In this document: positions 1-13,249 of the stretch, piece after piece
How the letters are laid out: each line of letters begins with the position of its first letter
Position numbering within the stretch: the first letter of the stretch is position 1
Assembly (NCBI GenBank): GCA_046563655.1
Contig: CM102284.1
Location: 186,001 to 250,000, forward strand
Length of the DNA stretch: 64,000 bases
Direction of reading: 5' to 3'
DNA from: Yuukianura sp. NJ FZ-2021
Lineage: Eukaryota
Program-made: the position numbers and the translations under genes
The notes under the pieces: generated by a model
Databases searched by the model: none
Told to the model about the DNA's origin: nothing
The model's input: the letters and a program-made list of their open reading frames with translations, nothing else

Positions 1-1219
1 AAGACGCACGGTCTGTCCAGAACGTCGTCTCTTCGTGTTGACCTTGGGGAAGGTCACGCTTCGACGCATGTGAAACTAAGTCTCCACGCACAGAGACCCA
101 GTTGGGAGGAGAAGGCGCCGCAGAAAGAAAAAAGTGGAGCTGTGAGCAGGAATTGATCCCTCGTCCACCACTCTTCCAGCCGACCCTCTGACCTCTCCGC
201 TCTCAGCCCAACCAAGCAGTAAGTCGTATTAAAAGTGAGTTTAATTGAGTTTAATCGAGTTAATTGAGTTGGAGAATGGAATATTAAGTTATAACTGAGT
301 GAATTGTGAGTTGGTGGATAGTTTTAGGGTGTTGGCGGAGAGGGAGTGACTGGGCAAGTGCAAACTCCGGTTGTATCGACCGGGAGAGAAGCTGGAGAGG
401 GATTCAATAGAGAATGGGTTATTAATTAACTTTCATTCCATTCCATCCCAATTATACCAATTAAGTTTGTTAAGGGCAATTACGTTAAATGTTTATTCTG
501 GGAATCAGTTAAAGAACCACCGGATGGTCAGAGCCATGAAAATGGTCAGCGCCTCCGGTGAGTCCAAATCATTTGGCATACCCGGAGAACGCTTAAGACA
601 GAAAACGACTTACTGTTAGCAGAAATCTAAGCGTAATGTTCAAATAACATGATTAGGTTAATGCAGATCTCATTTTAATAGTATAGTTACTCCCTCCACT
701 GCATAAAACTAGGGTGTTTCTCTACTCCGAACTGGGAACTCACGCCATGACTTTAATGTCACAATCACTGCACAATTAGTGTTGTTGGGTATGGTGTTAG
801 ACTTTACAACCTTTGTAATCTATCGGACTACTGCGCTGACCACTTATTACGGCGCTGACAGTAGTCCAAACAGTGATAATTAGTAATTAGTAATGCCGAA
901 GTAATGGGTAAACCCGTTCCAAGCCTGGTCCGGACCTGGATTGCAAAAAGCTTGGTTTCGGCCACCTTTTAGCTTACTCCAAAAGTCTATTGAATAACCC
1001 GATTCAATAGACCTCGAGTTTTCTCCTGTTTGGCTCGGTTTCCTCTCACTTTCTGGTTGGCTTGGGGTTGGCTTGAGCAAAAAATTTTTGGATTGCATAG
1101 GTTTCGGCTAGCAATCCGGTTTGAAGACAAGCTCAAGCCAAACTCCATTCTCTATTGAATCCCCCTACTGGAGGGAGCAGAGAGTGTTCTCTGGGCTGAG
1201 CTCAATCAATAGTTCCAAG

Positions 1220-2959
1220 ATGGAGTGGCCACTCTCCCCGACTCTCCTCATCCTCTCCTTAATTTTGCTCATTAAACAAGGTAAGTTAACCACAATTAAC
1301 TTTAAAATAACTTTAAATAGGGTGGTACTTAAGTATTTAATGCAGGAATGGAGTAGAAACAAAGTACAGTTTCAGTTTAGACTCATTTTACAAGGCAGCT
1401 GCTCTGCTAACAATCTTACAACTTGGAAGCTTTGCCGCAGTTACAAATCAAAATTTTCATTTTGACTAAATCCGTTTTTATTTTAAGCATTTTGAATTTC
1501 AGACATTTCCTTTAGTTTCAAAATTATTTTCTGGTTTTTGAGTTTTTAATTTTGAAACAGTTGGAACTGCAACATTTGAATTTTGTGTTTTTGCGAGTCA
1601 CATAAGTTGTGCATGGGTTGTTCCACTTGTCTCCTCTGTTTCTGTCATCTTGTTCTAAATTTAACCATTTCGAATTTTTTTTTGAATGTTTTCTAAAACT
1701 GGTTTTTGAAAAGAGCAAATGTTTTGTAAAAGTGCTTTTTGAAAAGAGCAAAGGTGATAGTTTATGATGGGTGTTGGAGAGACCAACTGGAATGACCTCC
1801 TTTCTCATCCAATGACTCAAAATTCACCTCTGCCAACATTCTTTTTTACTTTCTCCGCCCAAAGCCAAATGTCACTAAAACTCTCAATTTCTAATTTTTT
1901 TCAAAAACTATAGCTGGAAATTTTGAAATTTGAAATATTTCCAGTTTTGAAAAGAATTCTGAGCCCTTGAGCAGGAAGTGCAGAAAAGGCAGAGGTCATT
2001 GGGAAATACTAAGAAACTATTGGGAAATATTGGGAAATAATGAGAAATGTTGGTTTTTGGAGTTGTGTTATTGATTAATTGATTGATTTGATTGCAGGCC
2101 TAAGTTCGAAAGTGGAGAGTGGGATTTTGTGTTACAGTTGCAATAGCCACGATGACGCCCGATGTGGCCACCCCTTCCAGCGCCACCACTTCACCCCTGT
2201 TAACTGTAGTGACTTAAATTACATGGATGACTATGGGAAGGAAATGATGGAGCGGGAGGGCAAGACACAGCCCAACCTCTGCCGCAAAAACTACCAGACC
2301 GGTAATTAATCAACTAATTTAAAACTAATTAACACATGCTCTCATTCACAATTCTGTGGATTAGTTACACTAGGGGGCAAGACGGACACTAGGATCGTAC
2401 GAGGTTGTGGCTACATGCCAAAGAACAAGCCCAAGTACGGAGTCGAGGAGGAGTTGGAGGTAACTTTTACTATCCAATTTTTTGGATTTGGGTTTTAAAT
2501 CGTCAAGGTCATTGACCCTGGTCACTCACCGCATCACCCACAAACGAAAATCTCAATTATTCAAGTGAATTGGCCCAAATCAAACAATTTGTTAATCGTT
2601 CCAAGTGAAATGTGCAATTGAGCAATGTAGCCCAAGGGTCAGAGTGCTTCTAGGATAGAAGCGATGTGGGTTCGAATCCCACTCGGTCCATTATTTTTTT
2701 ACACTCTTTTTCTTTGTCTTTCAAGCCATGTGACCTCTGAACGTCAGACTGACCGTGACCTTTGTTTAATTTCTGTTTGTGTGTGGTTTAGGATGACTCG
2801 ACGGGTGAGGATCGTTGCTACCGGAAAGCTGGGACTTTCGAGGTGATGGTGACGTACTGTACATGTACGGAGAGCAAATGCAACTCTGGAACCCTGCTGA
2901 CCTCTGCCCTCATCCTGCCTCTGGCGGGAGTCCTCCTCGCTCTTCCAGGCGCCCTCTAA
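1220..2959 (+). CDS. Ly6/uPAR three-finger, GPI-anchored protein (crooked/quiver-like family)
   Basis: Exons 1220-1280, 2098-2301, 2365-2459 and 2792-2959 join in frame via GT-AG introns. Signal peptide MEWPLSPTLLILSLILLI; CYSCNSHDDARCGHPF, CRK, RGCGY and CYRKAGTFEVMVTYCTCTESKCN (Ly6 CN end); hydrophobic GPI signal; AATAAA at 3245. Closest recalled match is Drosophila crooked. Confidence 0.9.
2620..2700 (+). mobile_element. tRNA-derived SINE-like element, copy 1 (intronic)
   Basis: A-box-like TAGCCCAAGGG, B-box GGTTCGAATCC and T-rich tail; acceptor stem does not pair; homologous copies at 10688, 24349 and 53103. Confidence 0.75.
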
Positions 2960-3872
2960 TGGCAAGGACTCTAAGCATCAAGTCCACCCGCCTTCTCTTC
3001 TCAATCTCGTCCAGCATCGGAATTACAATAGTCCACAAGTATCTCCAACTACTTGACAAGTATCTCCCACTACTTGACAAGTATCTCCAAGTACTTCGAA
3101 AGCATCACAACTGCCAAGTACACCCAAGAGTAAGCAGTAGAGAGTTCCGGAGACCTCCCCCTAGTGTGTTCAAGTCCCCCCCTTAAGGTACTTAAGCTCA
3201 CTCTAACTTAACAAGCAAATAATCACCACTTCCTTGGATTAGTCAATAAAGTTTGCTTCCTCCGACTTCAATCTGATTCTATCCGCCGATTCAGCCGAAC
3301 AGTCACCCCCTGTTCCCATTCACTCTGCCAAGGAATTAGCAGAATGAATGCTAAATGTTGCAAATCCGGAATTTGAGTTTGATAACTTGGGAGCAGCCTC
3401 AAAAGTCTTAGGATTAGTCACAGCTTAAGTGTTACGACCACTTACAACTTCCAACTTACTTCAAATGCAGAAAACTCCAATCAAGTAGTCAACAATCACT
3501 ATCTTATTATGCAAAAAGTATTACGACAAATTTAACTTGAAATGAAAAAAAAACAGAGTTTGTTGCAAAAGTAGTTCAAGTGGAAAATGTAGCTTACGAG
3601 CTTAGGTTTTAAGAAGTACAAACTACACCATTAGATTCTGAGAATAAAATAATGAAAATAATAAAAATAAAATAATTAAACTGATCACTTTGAACTTGTA
3701 ATTTTGAAGTTTGTTTGCTCACCACGCATGGGAACCCACAAATTGGAGATTCGCGAATTCCGTGTTTTAGAAGGACGTTGTGTGCATCTTTGGTTTTCAT
3801 CTTGAGATGATTGATGGGAAGACGCAGCCAATTGTGATCTCATCTCCACTCACAATTCAAATGACCTACAAC

Positions 3873-4737
3873 CGATTCCCGGACTCGAACGGACGGTCAC
3901 TAACGGCCCGTTATACTAACGGACGGTCACTAACGGACGGTCACCAACGGACGGTCTCTAACGGACGGTCACCAACGGACGGGCACTAACGGACGGTCAC
4001 CAACGGACGGGCACCAATGGACACTTACTCTAACGGACACTTACACTAACGGACACCTACTCTACCGGACACTTACTCTAACGGACACCTACTCTACCGG
4101 ACACTTCTCTAACGGACACTGACTCTAACGGACACTGACTCCAATAGACATTTCAGGGAAGGACGCATGTTAAATTTTTGAAGAAAAAAATTCCAGTTTT
4201 CAAAACCTAACCTAACCTAACCTAAACGTTATAAAAACATCGTTTAACGCTTTCACAAACCTTACCTAACCTAACTTCGGAAAACAGAGGCAAAAACCTA
4301 TTTTTGGAAAAAGCAGTTAACATGTGTCCTTATGGGAAAATTTCAATTTTCAAAATTCAAAAAAAAAATAACTTCCTGTCGCCACATAGCTTTTTTTTTT
4401 GCTTCTTGTGATCAGTGGACCCAGGAGTGCTTTAAGAAAAATTTTCATCAAAATCAAAAAAAGTACACAATAGTAAAATTTTTCCCTGAAATGTCCATTG
4501 GAGTCAGTGTCCGTTAGAGTAGGTGTCCGCTAGAGTAAGTGTCCGTTAGAGTAGGTGTCCGTTAGAGTAAGTGTCCGTTAGAGTAAGTGTCCATTGGTGC
4601 CCGTCCGTTGGTGACCGTCCGTTAGTGCCCGTCCGTTGGTGACCGTCCGTTAGAGACCGTCCGTTGGTGACCGTCCGTTAATGACCGTCCGTTAGTATAT
4701 CGGGCCGTTAGTGACCGTCCGTTAATGCCTGGTTACG
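3873..4737. mobile_element. Non-autonomous Foldback/Mutator-like element with long modular TIRs
   Basis: ~270 bp inverted arms made of 14-15 bp subrepeats (AACGGACGGTCACT, AACGGACACTTACTCT); flanked by direct repeat CCTACAAC(C) at 3865-3873 and 4738-4746; (TAACC)n in the spacer. Confidence 0.85.
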
Positions 4738-6615
4738 CCTACAACCAAGGCTTTCTAAACAATCTCACACTTTCCCCAACGACCTTCATCTTCCTCCTCA
4801 AATTCTGCAAAATTTTGGAAAATTTTACAAAAATTGTGTCTACTCTTGCCCACTTTGTGCCAAATTGGAATTTGGCACGACAGTAAATGACGAACGACGC
4901 AGAAGCGGAAAAAGACGCCACACAACTATTCCTTTCGCATGAAACGACACGCGACACACAAATTTCTGAGGAACGAAAGTGTGAAATTTAAAATCAAGTT
5001 GTAAAAGTGTAATTTAATTAAATGTGAAACATTTACTTTTTAATTAAGTGTCACAATTTGCATAAAACTGTAACAAAAAAGTAAATTTTTGGTAATTCTG
5101 CCATGATTTTGTCACTTCCTAAACCGGCTCGTGAATCATGATGACTTTCGATTATTGTGAGAGCGTAGTGTAGTAATTGTTTTCCAATTCTGGGGAGGGG
5201 GGGGGGAGGGAGGTTAGAGAAAGTTTGACATTGGAAGGGGGGGGGGTTAACTTTTAGTGAGAATGTGTGAAACTGGTGTGATGACAAAGTGATTGTTGTG
5301 AATGTAAAGGGCATTCCCCTGCCCTGCGCAATCAGTTGCATAGCTACGAGTTAATTAATTCCGAGTGAAATTTGAAATTGCAGTTTGAAGTGTTGTAAGA
5401 TGCACAAGAGCAGCAGAGGTCAATGTCAGCTACGAAGGAGAAAGTTTAACAAAAACGTGTTGGTTGGATTACGGAAATTCTATTTTCATTTTTTTGGATG
5501 TTGAGATGAAAAGGAAATGATGCGGATCGACGAATAGCAAAAGAATAAATTCACTAAACATTATATTCAATGCACATCCAACTCCTTCTGCTCCCAATCT
5601 AAAAAGAAATGAAAGTGAAGTTGTAGTTTTTCAAAAATGTGACAATGTGCCAAACTAAAGTTCTAGAAACTCATAAATTATTTTCAACATTCGTTCAGCT
5701 GCTAAGCGTTAAAAAGATTATTAGCATTTATTTATACGCTTTACCATTTTCATGTAGTAATTAAATTTATTTAGACAGTTGAATTTAACAATCCAAATAA
5801 CCGTCGGAAATGAGCGTTAAAAAATAGAAAAGGAAAAAAAAGGAAACGGCGTTCAGATTTTGCAAGATTCGATGCTAAATTTTAATTTTGATTGCGAAAC
5901 GTTTTTTGAGTGAAAAGCTTATCCAACCGAACCAATTTTTTGAAATTGTCTTTAATTTTGATAAAAATGAATTAAAAATTATTATGTTTGAATATAATTG
6001 AATGTATTGAAGTAGAGGAAAGGGAGAGATAGTCACACGTCCGAGTTGGTAAGTGGCTCAACCAGTTCCTGACACCAAAAGAAAGAACCAGAAAACATGC
6101 GCATTTTGAAGGGAAACTTACAAAGTGGAAACAGTCGAAGCTCAGAGCGTCTTCCTTCCTAGTCAACAGTGTCAGTCCAAGTCTACAACTTAAGAAATGT
6201 AATTTGACCAACAACATTTCTAACAAAGTTTACAACTTTTAGCAACTTTTTTCAAAATAAGTGACTTCAAGGATTTAGTGAAGTGAATGGAGAGTTGAGC
6301 GATTCGGAGACTAAAACACCACAAAAGTAAGATTTTAAATTTTGTATGGGATTTTCAACTTTCTAAAAAGAAATTACAGATATTCCATTTCTAGGATATT
6401 CTCGAAAGTACAAATGTTGAAATTGGAAATTTTGAAATTTTGCCTCTAGAACTTAAAAATTTGAAATTGTTGTTGGATGACCTGAGAGGGGTCACCTCAT
6501 TCTTTCCTTTGAAAATGGGGAGATTTGGAAGTGGGTTTGTGAGGCAACCGGTTTGCAAGTCTCAAAATCCTTCACTTAATCACACATTTTCATTCAAAAT
6601 GATTTTGATTTTTAG

Positions 6616-9246
6616 ATGGAGGTGATTAGTATGCTGCTCTTTGCCTCTCTCGCCACCGCCCAACAGGCTCACCTTGTCTACGACAAGCACTACACAGAGC
6701 CACCACAGACCCACCAAAACTATGTCCCACCACAGACACACCACAACTATGCCCCACATTCCACTCATCAGCAGCAGCCACATGGACCCTGGCCTGGTCC
6801 CATGCCCAACCAACCACACATTGCAATGTTCCCACCAGGAAATGCCCCACCTCAGCCCCACCAAATCCAGCAGCCCCACCAACAACTTTATGCAAAACCA
6901 CCACATCCTCATAATGTGGGTCCTTCTGCTGCCCCACCCAGAGCAATTGGGATTCCAGTTAAAGTGAAAAGCGAATTTGCAAGTCGCAGAGGACCAATTG
7001 ACAGTATGATCAAAGGGTGAGTTGTAATTTTTATTCATTTTCATCTAAGTAAGTTATTTTATAAATTATTTGAATAAAATGTAAAATATGTATATAAAAA
7101 ATACACAAAATGCAGATTTTAAAAATGAAAAGTTTCGTTTTTGTTTTAAAGTGTGCACGCAGAATCCGTGTGAATTGTGTTTTGAAGTCACACCTTTCAA
7201 TTGCTAATTTGAATTAGTATGACCTCGCAACTTCCTTTAAAAAATACTAAAACTTCCGGTTTCAAATGCGTATTGAATGTAAATTGTCGCGTGTGAACAA
7301 ACAGTGGAAATGTAAAACACACAATTTGTTTAATCCAACTTCTCTTCAACAATTTTCTTTTTCAAAATAATACATTTTGAAAAGTTATGAATTTTAAAAA
7401 CTAAATTTTGTTAAATTCTGTTTCAGAGCTAAGCAGTATTTGCCTGGAGGAGGAACGAAACGATCCCGAGGTGGTCGTCCGGGCACTCCGATTCGGTTTA
7501 TGGAAATGAATCGACTTCCGAAACCACCAAAATACCCGCTTTACGACATGCCTGATTTAGGCATGGCCACGCCCCCTCCACCTCCTCTCATGCACCCCAT
7601 GGGCTCAGCCACCAACATGTTCCAAACATACACTCTGCCCAACCAACCACCTCAACGTGGTGGAAGAGCCCCACCAAGAGGAAAAAAGCCCCACCGAAGA
7701 CAGCAGAGTCCAATGCAGAGGAGACCCACCAACCAGAGATATGGTGGGCCCCCGCCAGGTCAAAGGTCCCACCGCAAGCCACCACATGGGAAACACAATC
7801 ATAACAACCACATTGGGCCACAGTTTGACCAAGGGATGAGTGGATCCACGAACATGGACTCGCCCCACCACAACTCGCCCCCTCTCGGCCGCCCCCTCAA
7901 CTACGACGAGTACATGAAGAGACCCAGTCACTCATTCACCGATGACCCCTGGAACTTTGACCCCTACGCTGCAAACTACAACAGTGGCATGAACACTTTC
8001 GCCATGAAGTACAACTACGATCCTCTAGGTAAGTTACAATCAAAGTTACATTCAAAAGTTACACAAAAAAGGCACATGGACAAAGTTGCATGAAAGAGTT
8101 ACGTTTGGATTTTTCTTAGAGGATTTTTTTGACTTTTGAATGCAGCGACCTTTGACTTTTCAATGTAGCGATTTTTGACTATTTACATTTGACTTTTGAA
8201 TGTAGCGTTGTAGCGATCTTGGACTTTTGAATGTAACGAGCTCTGACTTTTTCTATTTGACTTTTGAATGTAGCGATGTTTGACTTTTTTTTGACTTTTG
8301 AATGTAACGATCTTTAACTTTTGAATTTGACTTTTGACCTTTGGAATTTAGTTGACTTTGACCTTTGACCTTTGCAGGTATGAATTCTTTGGACAAGAGT
8401 CAGTCTCATTTGGATCCAGAGCAGTTGTCTTACCCCGGAGACACGCACACTCTGCAAGACGCCCCACCAAACGTCGGGAAAACGACACAACTCGGAGGGT
8501 GGGACAAATCACCAGAAACTTATCGCCTCAGCTCCATGAGTCCACCACCGCCCAAAGACGCTGGTGCTAAACGCAACCACAACTTTCAAAATCAACAACA
8601 ATCCAACAGTTTCAACCAATTCTACGACCAAACTGACTCTCCAAACATCGTCCAATCAGACAGCATCAATCCACTCAAAATCCTGTCAGATGCCAATCCA
8701 GGAGTGGAATTCACAATTGAATCTTCAAGTAGCGGAGATGGCGTTGGAGACACTTTGAAAGGCGGATCTTCAAACTACGACCAATTTGCATACGACACTT
8801 GGAAAAACTATAAACAACAAGGACACGACGTCTACGGCGCAGACTCAGAAGGCCAGTATGCGCACACTGTCAACAACTACGCAAAAACAGGAGAGTCTCA
8901 AAACTATTTAAAACAGTTACAAGATTCGTCTAAATTTGAAAACGGAAACTACGACGCCTCTACGCAATTGCACACTTTTGCACTGTCACAAGATTATGTC
9001 CCACGAGAACGCCCTCTCTCTGACTACTCTGACAGTTTCAACCCACATAGTGGGGCCGACGTGGCACTGGATCTGACTCCACCCAGTGAAACAGCGGCAA
9101 TGTTCAAAAGACAAGGCAGTCGTCACTCCCGCCAAGAAAAGACGCCTTTGATTGAACTGGAAGGACTGAGTTTATTTAAGGATTTGCTGAAAAACGACAA
9201 AGCAGGAACAACCAGGAACCAACTCATCCGAGTCCTAACAAACTAA
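6616..9246 (+). CDS. Secreted Pro/His/Gln-rich low-complexity protein of unknown function
   Basis: Exons 6616-7016, 7427-8028 and 8378-9246 are phase-compatible GT-AG; signal-peptide-like N-terminus MEVISMLLFASLATAQ; AATAAA at 9381; no recognised domain. Confidence 0.8.
8125..8340. repeat. Degenerate intronic minisatellite (TTTGACTTTTGAATGTAGCGA-like unit)
   Basis: Unit repeated several times within intron 8029-8377. Confidence 0.8.
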
Positions 9247-9764
9247 GTGGCAAACCTTAATTAACTACCTAATTGTTTAACTAATTAATTACAATTGTTA
9301 ATTACATTTGTTTGTGTTTAGTAGAAACTTTTTAGTATTTAACTTTGTTTTTGTATTCCTTTTGTATTATGTTTTCTAAGAATAAAAAAAAAGATATGTC
9401 GTTATGTCGTTAATTTGTTTAAGGAGAAAAAGCAAATCGAAAAAGAAAGGAACTTTCTCTTTTCTTGTCTCAAATTCATAAAACGTTCGAAATAGAAAAA
9501 AATTCTAATTCAGAAAGTAAGCGGAAGATTCATGTTTCCATGGAAACGGAACCTAAGTTTTGTCAATGCCATTCTGTTTTTTGATTCTTGAATTCTGAAG
9601 TTGATTTTTATGCAGTGGATTTTCACTTTAATTTCTGTCGAGGATCCAAACAGGTAAGTTGCTCTGCATTTTCTTTTTAATTAACAAAGTTAATTAAACT
9701 GTGTTAATTGTTGGTTTTTTGTTAAAAGTTAGTGTTTTAAAGTAAACTGCTGCTAGAATCGAAG

Positions 9765-12700
9765 ATGTATTCGTCCAACGCTGCTGCCGAGGCGATGTAC
9801 CCGTACATCAAAATCCGGAAGGACTTTGGTCGTCAACCGCGTTTCGTCAGAGATCGATTTCGTGTCCACTGCAACATCGTCTCCAACAAAACTCTACGCA
9901 AAAAGTTTTCGCGTTTCCGTCTCGTCCACAAGGGAATCCAAGCATGCAAACCATTCGCAGAGAGTCACGTGAGTCAAAAGCTTTCAAAATTTCAAAAAAT
10001 TTAAACTTTAAAATTTAATTTTTGTTTGAATTTGACGTCCAGGTCAACACTGTGCGACGCACAAAGGCTGACACTGGAGTGACGCACACTGAGGGAGGAT
10101 GGCCAAAAGAAATCAGTCCAAACGAACCGGACACGATGCTGCGACATCGCAAAAAACTCGAAAAAGAAGACAACTACCAAATCTGTCTCCCAATTATGTT
10201 CGAAGTCAGCGAAAAAAATCAAACTCAAAACTAAATTTCAAAAAAAAATGTTTCAAAATTTAAATTTTCTGGATTTTAACTTTTGGTTTTGTGTATTTCA
10301 GAGAATGCAGAGATACTTGAAGCAGAACAACGCCATTGACCAGTATGGAGAGCTGTACAAGTCCAAGTGGAAGCACCGTGACCCGTACCGCAGTCTGCCG
10401 CAGTGCAAAACTGTGTTGATCTACGAAGATCCATCTTTTGCACAGAGAGCAGTGCGCAAGATCATCTGGGCTCCTGAGAATGTTGGTCGGATGGGCGTGT
10501 GTCACTGCCCTCCTCGCTTCGACTCTTCACTCAGAGAAGCTCCGACTGAAGCCTTCTTCTGGGACGTCGAGAATGCGAGTAGACCGGAGAGTCAAGTGAG
10601 ATCAGACAGTCACATCATGGACATGATGTACCATCCCAAAGACATGCACTCCATCTGCGGAGGATGCTTTGACGGAACGGTAAGTTGAAAAAAAATAATG
10701 GACCGAGTGGGATTCGGACCCACAACTCTTCTCTCCGGGAAGCACTCTAACCCTTGAGCTATCAGGCTCCTGCCTATAAATTAAACCCTATGACAATCGG
10801 AACTGTTCCCAAACGCCACATAATTTATTTAGTACATTATATATTTATATTAATTGTTAATTCATATAAATATTGTTTTAGGTTCAGCATTGGGACGCTC
10901 GCGTTGGACCAAACCCTGTTGCGGTCACTCCGCTCGAAATTTGTCACACGGACATTTGCACAAGCATTTCCTGGATCAACAGCAAAACGAACACTGAGTT
11001 GTTCTCAGCCGGATCCGATGGACAGGTATGTCAACTATAATGAAAGGTCAAAGGTCAAAGGTCAAGTCAATATTTTTTTTAGGTCATTTGGTGGGACGTT
11101 CGTAACTTGAGTGAGCGACTGGAAACTGCTGTGCTGGACCCCGAGAAAGGCCAGGCTCGTCCGGAAGAAGCACTGCCGGCGACTGTGCTGAATTACGAGC
11201 AGTCTGTGCCCACCAAGTACATTGCAGGAACTGAAAATGGTAAAGGTCATTGACCTTTGACCTTCATGACCTTTCACTTTTCTTATTTGTGTTTTAGGCA
11301 GTGTTTTGGTGATGATGAAGAAGGGGAAGACGCCTGCTGATCGTCTGATCAACGTGTACAAGGCCCACCGTGGTCCAGTTTTAGACATTCGTCGCAATCC
11401 CACCTTCGTCAAGAATTTCATCACCGTCGGAGACTCCACTGTCAAGATCTTCTCAGAAGACTGCAAAGATTCACCAATCATGTGGACTGCACCTCAGGTA
11501 CACTAAAACTCAGATAAATCAGATTCAATACCTATTTATCGGCATATAACACGCAGTCGCGTATAGCACGCACTGAAATATTATTTACAGGACATTAAAT
11601 TAAATTCTACTCTTTTTTTCTTAGAATTTGCCATAAATTTAAAGTTTTGAAGAATTTTCCATTTTTGCTTTGGACTAAAAACAACAGATAACGCTCGTGC
11701 TATACGCCGATAAATAGAATAATTTTTGTTCCAAAATAATTATCTATATTTTAATTGTTAATTTACTAATTAATGTTATTAATATATTATATCTTTTGTT
11801 GTAGGATGTGCTTTACACTCATGCTGCTTGGATTCCTTCTCGTTCTTCCAACTTTGTGGCAACACGGAACGATGGCTACTTTGACATTTACGATTTACTC
11901 AAAAATCCTGCTCGTCCTTACACCCAGGTCAAGGTCAGGTCAAGCATGGAGAGCAAAAAGAAGCAGGGCAAGTTCAAAAAGGAAAATGTAAGTTTCAAAA
12001 ACAAAAATTTTTTTTAAAAAAAATCCGAATTTTGAAACTTTTTTAAAATGTAGATGCAAGACACCTATTTGACATACGCAGCTCCATCTGACGCTCCGTC
12101 CAAATTATTAGCAATTGGAAGTGGCAAAGGAAATGTCTACATGCAAAAACTGTCGGAATCGCTCTACCTTTCTGAAAAATCGGACAAGTAAAAAAACGAA
12201 CAAATTTTTTCAAAATTTGAAACTGGAAGTTGTTCAAAATGATTCGAACTTTCAGACCAATCCTTGCTCAGTGTTTCGACCGTGAAACACGACGTGAAAA
12301 GTTCATTGAGCAGCGTTATCGTGAAATTCGTCTACGCAAACGCGACAAAGAAAAACTCACAGATTTGGCCGCTAAAATTGAGCAAGAACGAGCAGAATTT
12401 GCCGAGAAAATTGCAGCGGAGCAGAAGGCGGCTGGAAAAGCAGTTGAAGTGCCCGACTACTCCAAAAATAACAAATACGACCTCAAATACGAAGCACGAA
12501 ATGATCCAATTGCCAAAGTGGAACGAGAATTCTTTGAGGAACTGGAGAGAGTAAGTCCAAAGGTCAAAGGTCAAGGGTCAGAGGTCAATGACCTTTTGTT
12601 TTTAAGGAACTGGAGGAGAAGGGGGTTGACGCATGGGCAGAATACGCAGACATGGTTGGTGCTGGAAAGCAGGAAGAGGAGTCCAAGAACATCGAGGAAG

Positions 12701-13249
12701 CACTGGATGTCACTGCTGCTGATTTGGCTGCCTTTGCGCATGTCGAGGAAGAGGAAGAAGAGTACGACGACGATGGACGTCCAATTCCCAAAAAACCAAG
12801 TACAGTTTTTCAAAATTTCGAAGCATTTTTATTTGAAAAGCGCTAACTTGACACTTTTTAAAAACATTCAAAATTTTGTAGAAACTGAAGCCCCACCGGC
12901 TGAGAAACCTGCTGCCCCACCAGCTACTGAAGCACCTCCGGCCCCACCACCAGCTCCACCAGCAGAACAAACTCCACCACCTCCTGCTGAAGAACAACCA
13001 CCGAAAGAGGAGGAGCCACCAGCAGTTGAAGAACAGTCTGCCCCACCAGCAGTTGAAGAACAGCCTGCCCCACCACCAGAAGAAGAAGCCCCACCAGCCC
13101 CACCGGAAGAAGCCCCACCTCAGGAGGACGAAGGAGAAGAGCCAGAAGAGTCTGAGGGCCCCACCACTTCGGCGGAGGAAACTGAAGGGGGTTCTTCGGC
13201 TCGTGAGACGGACACTTCCGGAGAAGAAGCGGAAGACGACGCACAGTAA
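9765..13249 (+). CDS. DNAI2: Axonemal dynein intermediate chain (DNAI2/IC2-like, WD40) with acidic Pro/Glu-rich C-terminal tail
   Basis: Exons 9765-9968, 10043-10204, 10302-10679, 10882-11025, 11083-11239, 11298-11497, 11805-11933(or 11987), 12054-12187, 12256-12550, 12607-12799 and 12882-13249 join in frame. Motifs YIKIRKDFGRQ, HTEGGWPKEI, RKKLEKEDNY, QNNAIDQY, WD repeats and FDRETRREK match DNAI2. Confidence 0.88.
10688..10770 (-). mobile_element. tRNA-derived SINE-like element, copy 2 (intronic)
   Basis: Reverse complement reads GAGCCTGATAGCTCAAGGGTTAGAGTGCTTCCCGGAGAGAAGAGTTGTGGGTCCGAATCCCACTCGGTCCATTATTTTTTT. Confidence 0.75.
11531..11718. mobile_element. pogo/Tc1-mariner-type MITE (intronic)
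   Basis: Imperfect TIRs CTATTTATCGGCATATAACACG / CGTGCTATACGCCGATAAATAG, with TA to the left. Confidence 0.6.

Noticed and set aside
2620-2700. Functional tRNA gene
   Set aside because: Acceptor stem does not pair, the anticodon arm differs among four diverged copies, and all copies are intronic; better explained as a SINE.
3888-4160. CRISPR-like repeat array
   Set aside because: Contiguous 14-15 bp units without unique spacers, mirrored as an inverted arm; eukaryotic context with no cas genes.
4204-4275. Telomere or chromosome-fusion relic (TTAGG)n
   Set aside because: Only about four units, inside a transposon spacer.
6580-7931. Overlapping antisense and alternative-frame ORFs
   Set aside because: Shadows of the Pro/His/Gln-rich coding exons on the + strand.
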